Origin: a virus
Taxonomy: Duplodnaviria; Caudoviricetes
IMG/VR virus record: IMGVR_UViG_3300017705_001145
Coordinates: 1 to 53,279 of that record
Length of the DNA: 53,279 bases
Strand: one strand, 5' to 3'
Below the pieces are notes generated by a model that was not told the origin of the DNA, did not search any database, and saw only the letters and a list, made by a program, of their open reading frames with translations. Both the position numbers and the translations under genes were made by a program. Shown piece after piece: positions 16,546 through 25,810 of this stretch; the first letter of the stretch is position 1, and the number at the start of each line of letters is the position of its first letter.

Positions 16546-18098
16546 GTGAATTAAAAATCGCCTTCGGTATGATTATATTTGAGGGTGATTACGTGCTTGA
16601 GGCCTGTTTAGAGAGCATATATCCATATGCTACTCAAATTTTAATATCGGAAGGCCCCGTTTCATTTTGGCAACAACAGGGCAAAACTACGAGCGGCGAT
16701 CAAACAAATCAAATTTTAGAGTCATTCCCAGACCCGGAAAACAAAATCGTCGTCGTCCATGGACAATATGATGAAAAAGATGAGCAATCCAACGCCTATA
16801 TAGAACATCTAAAAGACGATATTGATTATTTATGGCAAGTAGACTCAGATGAGATATATAAGCAAAAAGATATTGAAAAGATGATTGATATTCTTAAAGA
16901 AGAAAAATATACTAGCGTCGGAGTCAAAAGTTGCTCCTTTTATGGAGGGTTCGATAGAATAATCGGTGGATTTGAAGAAAGAGTAGATAACTTCTTACGA
17001 ATCTTTAGGGTGTTTCCCCAAAGCCGCTGGTTAACTCACCGCCCACCAACAATCGAACACACCGGGGAATATAAAGATGTCGAGAAAAAACATTTAGATA
17101 GCGATACTTTGTTTTTTAAACACAACATTCAGATGTATCACTATTCTTATACTTTTCCAAAACAAGTTTCCGATAAGATTAGTTATTATAAAGCAAAGGT
17201 GAGCAGAGAGAACTGCATCGATTTTTATGTTGATAAAGTCTATATTCCATGGATGCAAGCGCAAAATGCTGATTCTAAGTTTGAAGTAGAAAATTTATAT
17301 CATGGCGTGCACGAATTTAAACCTAGAGTACGCGGTGAAGCTTTCACAAGACAATTCCTCGATAAACACCCGGCATCAATAGAAAAAAGAATACCCGAGT
17401 ATAAAAAAAGAATAGAAGAGGAGTTCGACAATCTTTTGCTATCTTGTAAAAAAGAAGCAGCCCAAATAGATGATAAAATATGTTGGCTAGATAACGACTC
17501 TGTACCGGCCGAAATGCTTAAAGGGGCAACAGGAGTATTATGGCCAAAGCTGATACATTCAGATCATGTACACGTGTTATCAACATTGTTAGATTTTTGC
17601 AAAGAGGAAACAGAAAACATTTTGGACCTAGGTTGCGGCGCCGCCGAACTATCATCGTTATTGACTCATAAGTGGCCAAATAAGAAGTTTAATTATTCCG
17701 GCGCAGATCTCCCAAACGTTATTGACTTGGTTGCGAAAAAGCTTCATCCGGATTATGAATATATCAAATTAGACGTCTTAAGCGACGATTTAAATTTTCT
17801 AAATAAGTATGATTTAGTTGTAATGAACGCATTCATAGACGTTATGCAGAACCCCTTAGCCACTCTGCTTAAAATTTTAAAAAACTCTAGTAAAGGTGTT
17901 ATAATACATAGACAAAGATTAACAAAGGATTTTACTGGCTCAAAGTTGATTGATTCTGCATATGGAAAGCAAACTTATAGCTCTTGTATAAGCGAAAGCG
18001 ACTTGATTAGAATATTAAACATGTGTGAGTACAAAGTAGAAAAGTATTCCCACTGGAGTAGTGATTTTTATAGTCTTCTTTTGAAGAAAATTAAATAA
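16542..18098 (+). CDS. GT2-like glycosyltransferase fused to a class I SAM methyltransferase
   Basis: N-terminal WQVDSDEIY and MYHYSY; C-terminal ILDLGCGAAE and YDLVVM. Confidence 0.8.
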   Translation: MSELKIAFGMIIFEGDYVLEACLESIYPYATQILISEGPVSFWQQQGKTTSGDQTNQILESFPDPENKIVVVHGQYDEKDEQSNAYIEHLKDDIDYLWQVDSDEIYKQKDIEKMIDILKEEKYTSVGVKSCSFYGGFDRIIGGFEERVDNFLRIFRVFPQSRWLTHRPPTIEHTGEYKDVEKKHLDSDTLFFKHNIQMYHYSYTFPKQVSDKISYYKAKVSRENCIDFYVDKVYIPWMQAQNADSKFEVENLYHGVHEFKPRVRGEAFTRQFLDKHPASIEKRIPEYKKRIEEEFDNLLLSCKKEAAQIDDKICWLDNDSVPAEMLKGATGVLWPKLIHSDHVHVLSTLLDFCKEETENILDLGCGAAELSSLLTHKWPNKKFNYSGADLPNVIDLVAKKLHPDYEYIKLDVLSDDLNFLNKYDLVVMNAFIDVMQNPLATLLKILKNSSKGVIIHRQRLTKDFTGSKLIDSAYGKQTYSSCISESDLIRILNMCEYKVEKYSHWSSDFYSLLLKKIK

Positions 18099-18114
18099 AG
18101 AATGAGGCAAGGAC

Positions 18115-18861
18115 ATGAACATTTATAATAAAATTGGTACTCCGCCGTGGAACCGGCAAGACTTCTTGGAGAATTTAGAAGAGTTCTCAGAGGTGTATAA
18201 AAACCGGCCCGTAAAGAGCAACGATGGCGGCATGAAAGCCGCACAGCTATTTTATGCTTGGTATACAATAAAAAAGTTGCAACCAAAGGTTATTATAGAA
18301 AGCGGCGTCTGGTATGGGCAAGGCACATGGGCATTTGAACAAGCGGCACCAGACGCCGCTCTACATTGTATAGATCCGACACCTAGGTATAAATCTTTAG
18401 AAGGCTATGAATCTAAAAAAGCAACTTATTATACATCAGATTTTCTTAACTTGGACTGGTCTAAGGTTGAAAAGGATGGCACATTGTGTTTTTTCGATGA
18501 TCACCAAAACGCTCTAGAAAGAGTGCTTCGCTGCAGCCAATTGGGGTTTAAAACTATAATGTTTGAGGATAATTACCCTTTTGGCCAGGGCGATTGTTAT
18601 AGTATAAAAAAAGCGCTTAATAAAAATGAAATAAGAGATATAATCCCGGGGCTAAAAATATCTGACTATATAAAACATATCACAAAAACGTATTTAGAAT
18701 TTCCCCCAATTTTTGCAGCCGAAGAAAACAGGTGGGGTCTTCCATGGGAAACTTATGAAACGCCGGTACCCCTGCTAGAAGAGGTTGAAGAAGAATATCA
18801 AAAAGTTTATTTAGAGGAATTAAAAAATTATACTTGGATAAATTATATGGAGTTAAAATAA
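18115..18861 (+). CDS. Putative methyltransferase-fold protein
   Basis: PKVIIESGVWYGQGT (motif I-like), HCIDP, FFDDHQN, MFEDNY. Confidence 0.55.
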   Translation: MNIYNKIGTPPWNRQDFLENLEEFSEVYKNRPVKSNDGGMKAAQLFYAWYTIKKLQPKVIIESGVWYGQGTWAFEQAAPDAALHCIDPTPRYKSLEGYESKKATYYTSDFLNLDWSKVEKDGTLCFFDDHQNALERVLRCSQLGFKTIMFEDNYPFGQGDCYSIKKALNKNEIRDIIPGLKISDYIKHITKTYLEFPPIFAAEENRWGLPWETYETPVPLLEEVEEEYQKVYLEELKNYTWINYMELK

Positions 18862-19250
18862 TGTTAGATAAGCTCTCTTTTAAAAAAGACAAAAGAGGGG
18901 TTTTGATACCTTTGGACTTTGATAAACTACCTTTTACCCCAAAGAGATCCTTCTTTGTCAAAGACGTTCCAAAAAATACTATTAGAGGCGCGCATGCACA
19001 TTATAAAACCAAACAATTTATAATATGTTTATCCGGCGAGATACAAGCAATTCTGGACAACGGCATAGCAAAGGAAGAAAAAACCTTGAAAGAAGGTGAA
19101 ACACTTTTTCATGATAGTCTAGAGTGGGGCGAATTTACCTTCTTGTCCGGCCAAGAACAAATGTGGGTTTTTTGTTCTACACCCTATGATAGTTCTGACT
19201 ATATTTCTGATTATGAAGAATTTGTTAATATTATTAAAGGAGATGCTTAA
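18861..19250 (+). CDS. fdtA: dTDP-4-keto-6-deoxyglucose 3,4-ketoisomerase (FdtA/QdtA cupin)
   Basis: DKRGVL, PFTPKR, RGAHAH, QFIICLSG, YDSSDYISDYEEF; start reassigned to the TAATG overlap at 18861. Confidence 0.85.
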   Translation: MLDKLSFKKDKRGVLIPLDFDKLPFTPKRSFFVKDVPKNTIRGAHAHYKTKQFIICLSGEIQAILDNGIAKEEKTLKEGETLFHDSLEWGEFTFLSGQEQMWVFCSTPYDSSDYISDYEEFVNIIKGDA

Positions 19251-20066
19251 ATGAATATACCTGTGATATTTTTTCACCTAGGATACCAGAATTATTTATC
19301 AAAAACAATAAGACAAGCAAAACTTAATAACGAGAGGGTTATTTTGCTTGGTGATTCCAACAATAGCCACTTAGATGTAGAACACCATGATATAACAAAA
19401 TATATTAATATGTTCGAAGATTTTAATAAGATATACAGACACATGTCTGCTAATAATCCGCAATTAGAATATTTGTGTTTTATTAGATGGTATATACTTA
19501 AAAATTTCTTAGAAGAGAACAACATCGAAAAATGTTTTTATTTTGATTCAGATATAATGCTATATTCAAACATGTCGGAACAAGTAGATAGTTTTCTTAG
19601 CCAATCAAACGGCTTTTGTGTTCCCTATGAACAACCGGAATTTCGATGGAGCGCTAGCGGCCACAATTCTTTTTGGACCAAACAAACTTTAGGCGAATTT
19701 TGCGAATTTATTTTCAACACATATGCTTCGAAAGAAGGCATAAACAAACTTAAGCAAAAATGGGATCATCATGTAAAAAACAATCAACCCGGCGGAATAT
19801 GTGATATGACATTATTTTGGTTATTTTTCGACTCCAAAAACGGCGAAAACATTGATATACTTAGTGATGTTATTGATGGCTCAACATATGACGATAATAT
19901 TAATTCCTCGGATAATCGCTTTAAAAATGAGTATAGAATGAAAAACAACATCAAAGAAGTTGACTGGAAGGACGGTAAACCTTATTGTTATAATTTAAAA
20001 TTGAACAAATGGATACGCTTTAATACTTTGCACTTTCAAGGCGAGACCGCTAAACTATTATTATGA
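19251..20066 (+). CDS. Putative glycosyltransferase-like protein
   Basis: CFIRW, FYFDSDIMLY (DxD), GGICDMT, LHFQG. Confidence 0.55.
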   Translation: MNIPVIFFHLGYQNYLSKTIRQAKLNNERVILLGDSNNSHLDVEHHDITKYINMFEDFNKIYRHMSANNPQLEYLCFIRWYILKNFLEENNIEKCFYFDSDIMLYSNMSEQVDSFLSQSNGFCVPYEQPEFRWSASGHNSFWTKQTLGEFCEFIFNTYASKEGINKLKQKWDHHVKNNQPGGICDMTLFWLFFDSKNGENIDILSDVIDGSTYDDNINSSDNRFKNEYRMKNNIKEVDWKDGKPYCYNLKLNKWIRFNTLHFQGETAKLLL

Positions 20067-21196
20067 AGTTCAATGATTTAACAAAACAATGGCTAGAGAT
20101 TAAAAAAACCGCTGAGTCTAAAGTGCTTTCTCTGTTAGAAAGCGGTCAATATGTCCACGGCCCCTTGGTAGAAAAATTTGAAAATGAATTTGCTGAATAT
20201 TGTGGAACAGATTATGCAATTGGAGTATCAAACGGCACCGACGCTTTAAAACTGAGCATTGCTGCCCTTGATTTAAGTGGAAAGGTTAACGTGTTGATTC
20301 CTGCTAATACTTTTATAGCGGATATGTTTGCTGTTTCATATCAAAAGAATGCCAATTATGAAGTAGAGCTAATCGATTGCAATGAGTATTATCAAATAGA
20401 TGTCGAATTAGTTGAATCACATCTAGAAGCACATAGAACCAAATTTGATCATTGCATCTTGCTCCCGGTACACCTCTATGGCCACCCAGCCGACATGAAA
20501 AGGATACGCGAGCTAGCAGATAAATATAAATGTTATATCATAGAAGACGGCTCACAGGCTCACGGCGCTAGGTGTTATGGCAAAAGCATAGGTGCCGATT
20601 CCGATATGTGCGCATTCTCTCTTTACCCGGGGAAAAATCTTGGTGCTGCAGGCGATGCTGGGATCATTATATGTAATAATATGGGTTACAACGAAAAATT
20701 AAAATCTCTAAGAAATTTAGGAAGTACAGAGAAATATTATCATGATGAAATAGGGTGGAACAGCCGTTTAGATCCAATACAGGCTGTTGTTTTGTCGGAA
20801 AAGCTACATTTCTTAAACTCATGGACAGAGAAGAAAAAGAATATTGCAAAGAAATATGATGAAGCCTTCTTACAATTAAAAAATATTGAGATATCCAAAA
20901 CTGCCTCTTATGTCGATACCCATGGGTACCATCTGTATATTATTCGAATAAAAAATAAAAATCGAGAAAAGTTAATTGATTGGCTGAAGAAAGATGGAAT
21001 TCCAACAATTGTACATTATCCCATTTTAATTCAAGATAGCGGCGCCTATAAACATTTGAGTAATTCGTATGATTGCCCGCTAGCGAGACAATTTTCTAAA
21101 GAAACATTAAGTTTGCCATTCCACCCCTTTCTCAACAAAGAACAGAGTGCAAAAATTATCGAGTCCATTATCAAGTTTGATCGCGAGTATAATTAA
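20063..21196 (+). CDS. DegT/DnrJ/EryC1/StrS PLP-dependent sugar aminotransferase (FdtB/QdtB-like)
   Basis: VSNGTDAL, PANTFIA, PVHLYGHP, IEDGSQAHGA, FSLYPGKNLGAAGDAG (PLP lysine), GWNSRLD. Confidence 0.92.
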   Translation: MKFNDLTKQWLEIKKTAESKVLSLLESGQYVHGPLVEKFENEFAEYCGTDYAIGVSNGTDALKLSIAALDLSGKVNVLIPANTFIADMFAVSYQKNANYEVELIDCNEYYQIDVELVESHLEAHRTKFDHCILLPVHLYGHPADMKRIRELADKYKCYIIEDGSQAHGARCYGKSIGADSDMCAFSLYPGKNLGAAGDAGIIICNNMGYNEKLKSLRNLGSTEKYYHDEIGWNSRLDPIQAVVLSEKLHFLNSWTEKKKNIAKKYDEAFLQLKNIEISKTASYVDTHGYHLYIIRIKNKNREKLIDWLKKDGIPTIVHYPILIQDSGAYKHLSNSYDCPLARQFSKETLSLPFHPFLNKEQSAKIIESIIKFDREYN

Positions 21197-21205
21197 AAAG
21201 GCTTT

Positions 21206-22165
21206 ATGCAAAATAAATATAAAATTTTTACCGATGCTTCCATCATAAAAGAACAACACATTGAGCTTCTAATTCCATTTTTAGGAGACCTAGACAAAGA
21301 CCGTTCAGATCCGGACTTTGGTAGATTTACTAGGTTCCAAAAAATGGGAAAAGAGTTCCTTGAGTTGGTAGACAATCCTGCAATTGCAGATTTTTTTGTG
21401 TATCCCATGAAATGGGAAAAAGGATCCCGTGACTTAAAAACATTTTTGCAACACGCCTCAAAATACAACAAGAAGACGTTGGTTTTTTTCAACGACGATT
21501 CAGATGAGGATATGGAACTAGAAAAACACGACGTCGGCGTGTTTAGAACTTCGTTTTATAAAAGTACAAAAAAAAATAATGAAATAGCAATCCCGGGCTG
21601 GTCTCAAGATTTTGGCCAACAGCCTTATAGAAGGAAAGGTGACTCCCCTACTGTGGGATTTTGTGGGTGTTATACCAATAATAATTATCGACATCTCTCT
21701 TTGAAGAACTTGAACGACGAAGATAAAATAATAAAAAATTTTGTATTATACAATCAGTTCTGGGCCGGAAGAAATCAACACTCTGAAGAAAAATCGAGCG
21801 GTATATATGCGCAATCAGTCCGCAATAAATTTATTGATAATATAAAAAATTCTGATTATGTTTTGTGTTGTAGGGGTTCGGGCAATTTTTCATATCGTCT
21901 ATATGAAACTTTGAGCGCGGGACGAATCCCGATTATAATAGACACAGACATCGTTTTACCACACGAAGAGAAAATCGCATGGAGTAAAATTTCTGTGTGG
22001 GTTGAAAAAGACAATGTTGCTAACGTTGGCCAAGCCGTACTAAAAGATTATATATCTATGTCTCACAAAGAATTTCTAGAAAGACAAAAAACATGCCGAA
22101 AAATTTATGAAGATTATATTAGACCTACAAGTTATTTTAATAAATGGTTTGAGGAAAATAAATAA
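21206..22165 (+). CDS. Exostosin (GT47)-like glycosyltransferase
   Basis: VGFCG and SDYVLCCRGSGNFSYRLYETLSAGRIPII..D..LP. Confidence 0.8.
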   Translation: MQNKYKIFTDASIIKEQHIELLIPFLGDLDKDRSDPDFGRFTRFQKMGKEFLELVDNPAIADFFVYPMKWEKGSRDLKTFLQHASKYNKKTLVFFNDDSDEDMELEKHDVGVFRTSFYKSTKKNNEIAIPGWSQDFGQQPYRRKGDSPTVGFCGCYTNNNYRHLSLKNLNDEDKIIKNFVLYNQFWAGRNQHSEEKSSGIYAQSVRNKFIDNIKNSDYVLCCRGSGNFSYRLYETLSAGRIPIIIDTDIVLPHEEKIAWSKISVWVEKDNVANVGQAVLKDYISMSHKEFLERQKTCRKIYEDYIRPTSYFNKWFEENK

Positions 22166-22166
22166 A

Positions 22167-22195
22167 TTAAAATATACTGACCAGTGTGCTAAAAT
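22167..22195 (+). promoter_or_regulatory. Putative sigma70-like extended -10 promoter
   Basis: TTAAAA (22167-22172), 17 nt, TGC-TAAAAT (-10 at 22190-22195), upstream of the ORF at 22246. Confidence 0.5.
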
Positions 22196-22245
22196 AGACC
22201 CTATCACAGAAATAATTAATTGTTTTAATATAAAGGAGATTAACA

Positions 22246-22473
22246 ATGACAGAACCACAACACACTAAATTATCAAAACAAGCCGTAGGTGCTCTTATGA
22301 TGGCCCTACAAAAAAGCCTTCTAGAACAAAGCGATATTGTCCCAGTTTTGGATGAGTTTAAGCTTGTTAACTCACCAGAGGGCCTAGTTGTCCTTAACCC
22401 ACCGGTAGTGAAATTCAATGAAGAAACTACCCAACAATTCCAAACTTCTGAAGAAGAAGTCGCAACTGAGTAA
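22246..22473 (+). CDS. Small hypothetical phage protein
   Basis: 75 aa, AAGGAG RBS, TAATG coupling to the next gene. Confidence 0.75.
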   Translation: MTEPQHTKLSKQAVGALMMALQKSLLEQSDIVPVLDEFKLVNSPEGLVVLNPPVVKFNEETTQQFQTSEEEVATE

Positions 22474-22718
22474 TGCCAATATACGTATATAGGTGCGAAG
22501 ATTGTGAGGAAGAGTTCAAAGTAAGCCACAGTATGCATGAGGACCATGAATCTTGTGACTTATGTGACTCTTCTAATGTTGCTCGCAAACCAATGTTTTC
22601 TTTAAACCGAAAGCGGCAAAAAAAGAAGCAAAAGGTTGGCGATGCAACAAACGAATTTATAGAAAACGCTAAGTTAGATCTTAGAAAACAAAAACAAGAT
22701 TTGGATGGTAAAAGATGA
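22473..22718 (+). CDS. FmdB-family zinc ribbon protein
   Basis: MPIYVYRCEDC...CDLCDS. Confidence 0.85.
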   Translation: MPIYVYRCEDCEEEFKVSHSMHEDHESCDLCDSSNVARKPMFSLNRKRQKKKQKVGDATNEFIENAKLDLRKQKQDLDGKR

Positions 22719-23020
22719 TTGAATTAATATTAGGTATATCTTTTGTTGTTAACGTTATCTTAGTTTGGTATATTGTGCAGCTTTTAAAAAGATATCTTTC
22801 TTTTCAAGAAGAGTTAGATTATTTTATGGAGAAGCTTAAAGAATACGAAGGCCATGTAGATACTGTTAACGGTTTAGAAAGATTTTATGGAGATGAAACA
22901 TTAGGTGAATTGGTGCGTCATTCCAAGGACATAGTTAAAGAGTATAAAGATTTAAAGTCGATTGTAGAAGATAACTACGATGAGGATGACGAAGAAGAGA
23001 TGTATGCCGAGGAAGCGTAG
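22715..23020 (+). CDS. Hypothetical membrane-anchored coiled-coil protein
   Basis: N-terminal hydrophobic helix LILGISFVVNVILVWYIV; acidic tail. Confidence 0.7.
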   Translation: MIELILGISFVVNVILVWYIVQLLKRYLSFQEELDYFMEKLKEYEGHVDTVNGLERFYGDETLGELVRHSKDIVKEYKDLKSIVEDNYDEDDEEEMYAEEA

Positions 23021-23717
23021 CAAAAAAAATTACTATTTCACAAAAGTTCATGAAGAAGCAATAATAAATTATTGTAAAACAGAGGACCAAGCTATGAGAA
23101 ACAAGCTCTATAAAGAATTTATAGGGCCGGTTTTCAGTGAAATGGTAGATAAAATAGTCTTTACTTATAAATTCACATCTCTACCAAATATCGATTCTCT
23201 ACGCGATGATTGTAAAAATTGGCTAGTTACCGTTCTAAACAAGTTTGATCCAAGTAAAGGCTCAAAAGCATTTACCTATTTCAGCGTAGTATCTAAAAAC
23301 TGGTTTATTGCCGAGGTTAAAAAGAATAGCAAAAAAGCCAGACGCGAAGTACAATTGGATAATTATTATTTTGAACATAAGTCCGATGAGCGCGCCAACA
23401 AGAAATCTAATCCAAAACAAGATTTAGTTACCTACAACACTTATATTGAAGACAGAACAAAATTTGAGTTTTTTCAACACTTAGGTAAAGAAATTAACCA
23501 ATGGTCTGAATTGCCATTGAGACCTAATGAGAGAAAAACAGTTCAGGCCATACAAATTCTGTTCGAAGACTCTGAAAAAATAGAAATTTTTAATAAAAAA
23601 GCTATTTATTTGTACATTAGAGAAATTACAGGCTTAAACACCAAACAGGTTGTAAGTTCTTTAAATAAAATACGAAAACGTTATGCGGAGTTTAAAAAAG
23701 AATGGAACGACCAATAA
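23004..23717 (+). CDS. Phage sigma-factor-like protein (T4 gp55/late sigma-like); start reassigned from 22980
   Basis: NYYFT N-terminus, region-2-like LNKFDPSKGSKAFTYFSVVSKNWFI, and C-terminal HTH-like IREITGLNTKQVVSSLNKIR. Confidence 0.65.
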   Translation: MPRKRSKKNYYFTKVHEEAIINYCKTEDQAMRNKLYKEFIGPVFSEMVDKIVFTYKFTSLPNIDSLRDDCKNWLVTVLNKFDPSKGSKAFTYFSVVSKNWFIAEVKKNSKKARREVQLDNYYFEHKSDERANKKSNPKQDLVTYNTYIEDRTKFEFFQHLGKEINQWSELPLRPNERKTVQAIQILFEDSEKIEIFNKKAIYLYIREITGLNTKQVVSSLNKIRKRYAEFKKEWNDQ

Positions 23718-24007
23718 AAGACTTTGAAGCTTACATCAAAGAAGCAATAAAGAATATCCGAGATGATAGAGATATCACATCTACATTATTAACGGGAATA
23801 TTCGCAGAAATTCAAAAAGCAGGCAATTCTGAAGCTCATAAAGATTTAGGGCTTATCGCATCAAAATATGTAGAGACCCTGCAAAGATCAAACGAACAAT
23901 TGGTAAAACTCACCTCTATTCTTTCTAAAAAGCAAGAAACAAATGTTGAATTGAATGAAACCGACAAAAAAGAACTTTTTGATATTATTCAAGGAGAAAA
24001 GAAATAG
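23702..24007 (+). CDS. Hypothetical helical protein downstream of the sigma-like gene
   Basis: 101-aa ORF; LQRSNEQLVKL helix. Confidence 0.7.
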   Translation: MERPIKDFEAYIKEAIKNIRDDRDITSTLLTGIFAEIQKAGNSEAHKDLGLIASKYVETLQRSNEQLVKLTSILSKKQETNVELNETDKKELFDIIQGEKK

Positions 24008-25800
24008 TGGGCGATTTCAAGGACATTGTTAACGATACCTTCACAGGTGGTGTTATAGCAGGCGCTGAACAGGTAAAAACGGTTAGCTACGACACACCGC
24101 TAGCAAAACAGCTCAGACAGGTTATGATAGATAGCTATGAGCCAAACAAGCTTTTAAGCCAAAACGAATTCAACGGGGTTTGCCTAATGCAACTGAAGAA
24201 TAAAACTTCCGATGAGAAAGGCACAATTCGATTAAAAGTACGTATACCTGAAATACACTCTCTTCTGCCTATTCCGACGTCAGAAAAAGATTTTCTAAAA
24301 ATATCCCTGTACCCAACGTTTTTTGGTACTGCCGATGATTTATCTATGTCTAGCGCAAACAACACGGTAACGCCGGGAACAAAAGTATCAGTCACCTTTG
24401 ATAACATGACCAATTATGCTTCTGGAAAAGTAGTTAGAATTGTTGGCTTATCAACGGGTACCGTTCCGCCGTCAAAAAGCAGTGATTTATATGGTACTGG
24501 TAAGCGACCAAAACTTAAAAAACCCAGCGGTGGTCCCCACCCTAAGTGCTATTGCTTCGCCAAATCCGCCGCAAAGCCTGGTTGTATCAAAGCAGAAGGC
24601 GGTAGCCCGATGAAAGGCAAACCAATACTCAAACGCGGCTCTGCTTTACCACACCCGCAGAATGGTGAAAAAGCATATAACACAACTACTGCGCGTAAAG
24701 AGAAATATTTAAAAGAACGTGCAAAGGGCAAGAACTCTGATAAAGCAACCGCCCTAGGTTATGCAAACAACATAAAGCTCTCAAATGGTACAACATTTAA
24801 TCATTTTGGTGGCCACGGCTGGAAAAAGACCTACCCCGGCGGTGGCCACCCAAAATTACAAATTGCGCATGGTATAGTAGACAATTATGTGAAGCTAATA
24901 GATGAACTGGTTGTAGGACAAAAATTTTGGACAAAAAAAGACAAAGACGGGATCACACCGTTGAAGGATAAAGATGGTAATACTATGCCGATGATAGGTA
25001 CGCAAGGTGGCTGGGTTGTAAAAGATAACAGCGCGCTCCATCAACTTAAAACTTATTGTGAAACAACGAGCGTGTCGTATCACAATATAGGAAGAGCCTT
25101 TGATTTGGGCACCAGATCTAGTTCTATCACCAGTCCATTTCGCGGTGGAGACGGAAAATCTACCCTAGGCCAAGCCAATTTAGATCATCCGGATATACCT
25201 TTTTTAGTTACGATAGCACCATACGACAAACAAACCAACGCAGACTTGATCAAGGACTATGCTCCTAATTTCTTTTCCCACCCGTTCAGCGGGGCAAAGC
25301 TTGGCGCTGATGGATCATCTGCGAAAAAATATATTCCCGGCCTGAACACCTGGACCGTATGGTTTAAAACAGATGACCCCCTAGCCGAAGTTGAGTTGAT
25401 GGTAGCCAATCCCATCCACCATGGACGCGGCTTCTATACATTTAACGTAAATACGTTTACTCGCTGGAAAGGTAGGGCGCGAAGCTTCACCATGTGGGCC
25501 GCCAAATACGGATTTACCCCCATTCATCCATACCCAGAATGGAGAAAAGGCAGTCCAGACAAATTCGAGGAGGCGGGCACGAACGTTAACGAATGGCATC
25601 ATTTCCAAGCTGTCGATGATTTAACAGAAGGCTCCTCACCACTTGGAAGAGAATTATTAGCGACCGGTTACTCAGAAACAGAGTTGATAACCAATTGGAG
25701 GGATAATTGGGAATTTTATAAAAACGCGCCTTACCGTGGTAAAAGCAAAAGCAAAAAAAGTAAATGGTTCGGTACAAACAACGTATGGGGCCTTTATTAA
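24007..25800 (+). CDS. Baseplate hub (gp5-like N-terminal OB-fold) protein with a C-terminal M15-type Zn peptidase
   Basis: GTIRLKVRIP and PGTKVSVTF resemble the gp5/VgrG OB-fold; SYHNIGRAFD (H-x6-D) and EWHHF (ExxH); GTG start; position before gp25/gp6. Confidence 0.6.
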   Translation: MGDFKDIVNDTFTGGVIAGAEQVKTVSYDTPLAKQLRQVMIDSYEPNKLLSQNEFNGVCLMQLKNKTSDEKGTIRLKVRIPEIHSLLPIPTSEKDFLKISLYPTFFGTADDLSMSSANNTVTPGTKVSVTFDNMTNYASGKVVRIVGLSTGTVPPSKSSDLYGTGKRPKLKKPSGGPHPKCYCFAKSAAKPGCIKAEGGSPMKGKPILKRGSALPHPQNGEKAYNTTTARKEKYLKERAKGKNSDKATALGYANNIKLSNGTTFNHFGGHGWKKTYPGGGHPKLQIAHGIVDNYVKLIDELVVGQKFWTKKDKDGITPLKDKDGNTMPMIGTQGGWVVKDNSALHQLKTYCETTSVSYHNIGRAFDLGTRSSSITSPFRGGDGKSTLGQANLDHPDIPFLVTIAPYDKQTNADLIKDYAPNFFSHPFSGAKLGADGSSAKKYIPGLNTWTVWFKTDDPLAEVELMVANPIHHGRGFYTFNVNTFTRWKGRARSFTMWAAKYGFTPIHPYPEWRKGSPDKFEEAGTNVNEWHHFQAVDDLTEGSSPLGRELLATGYSETELITNWRDNWEFYKNAPYRGKSKSKKSKWFGTNNVWGLY

Positions 25801-25810
25801 CTAAATCATT

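Noticed and set aside
10560-22165. Bacterial O-antigen or capsule locus, meaning the window would be chromosomal
   Set aside because: No wzx, wzy, wzm, wzt or priming transferase; flanked by phage sigma and baseplate genes with no housekeeping context
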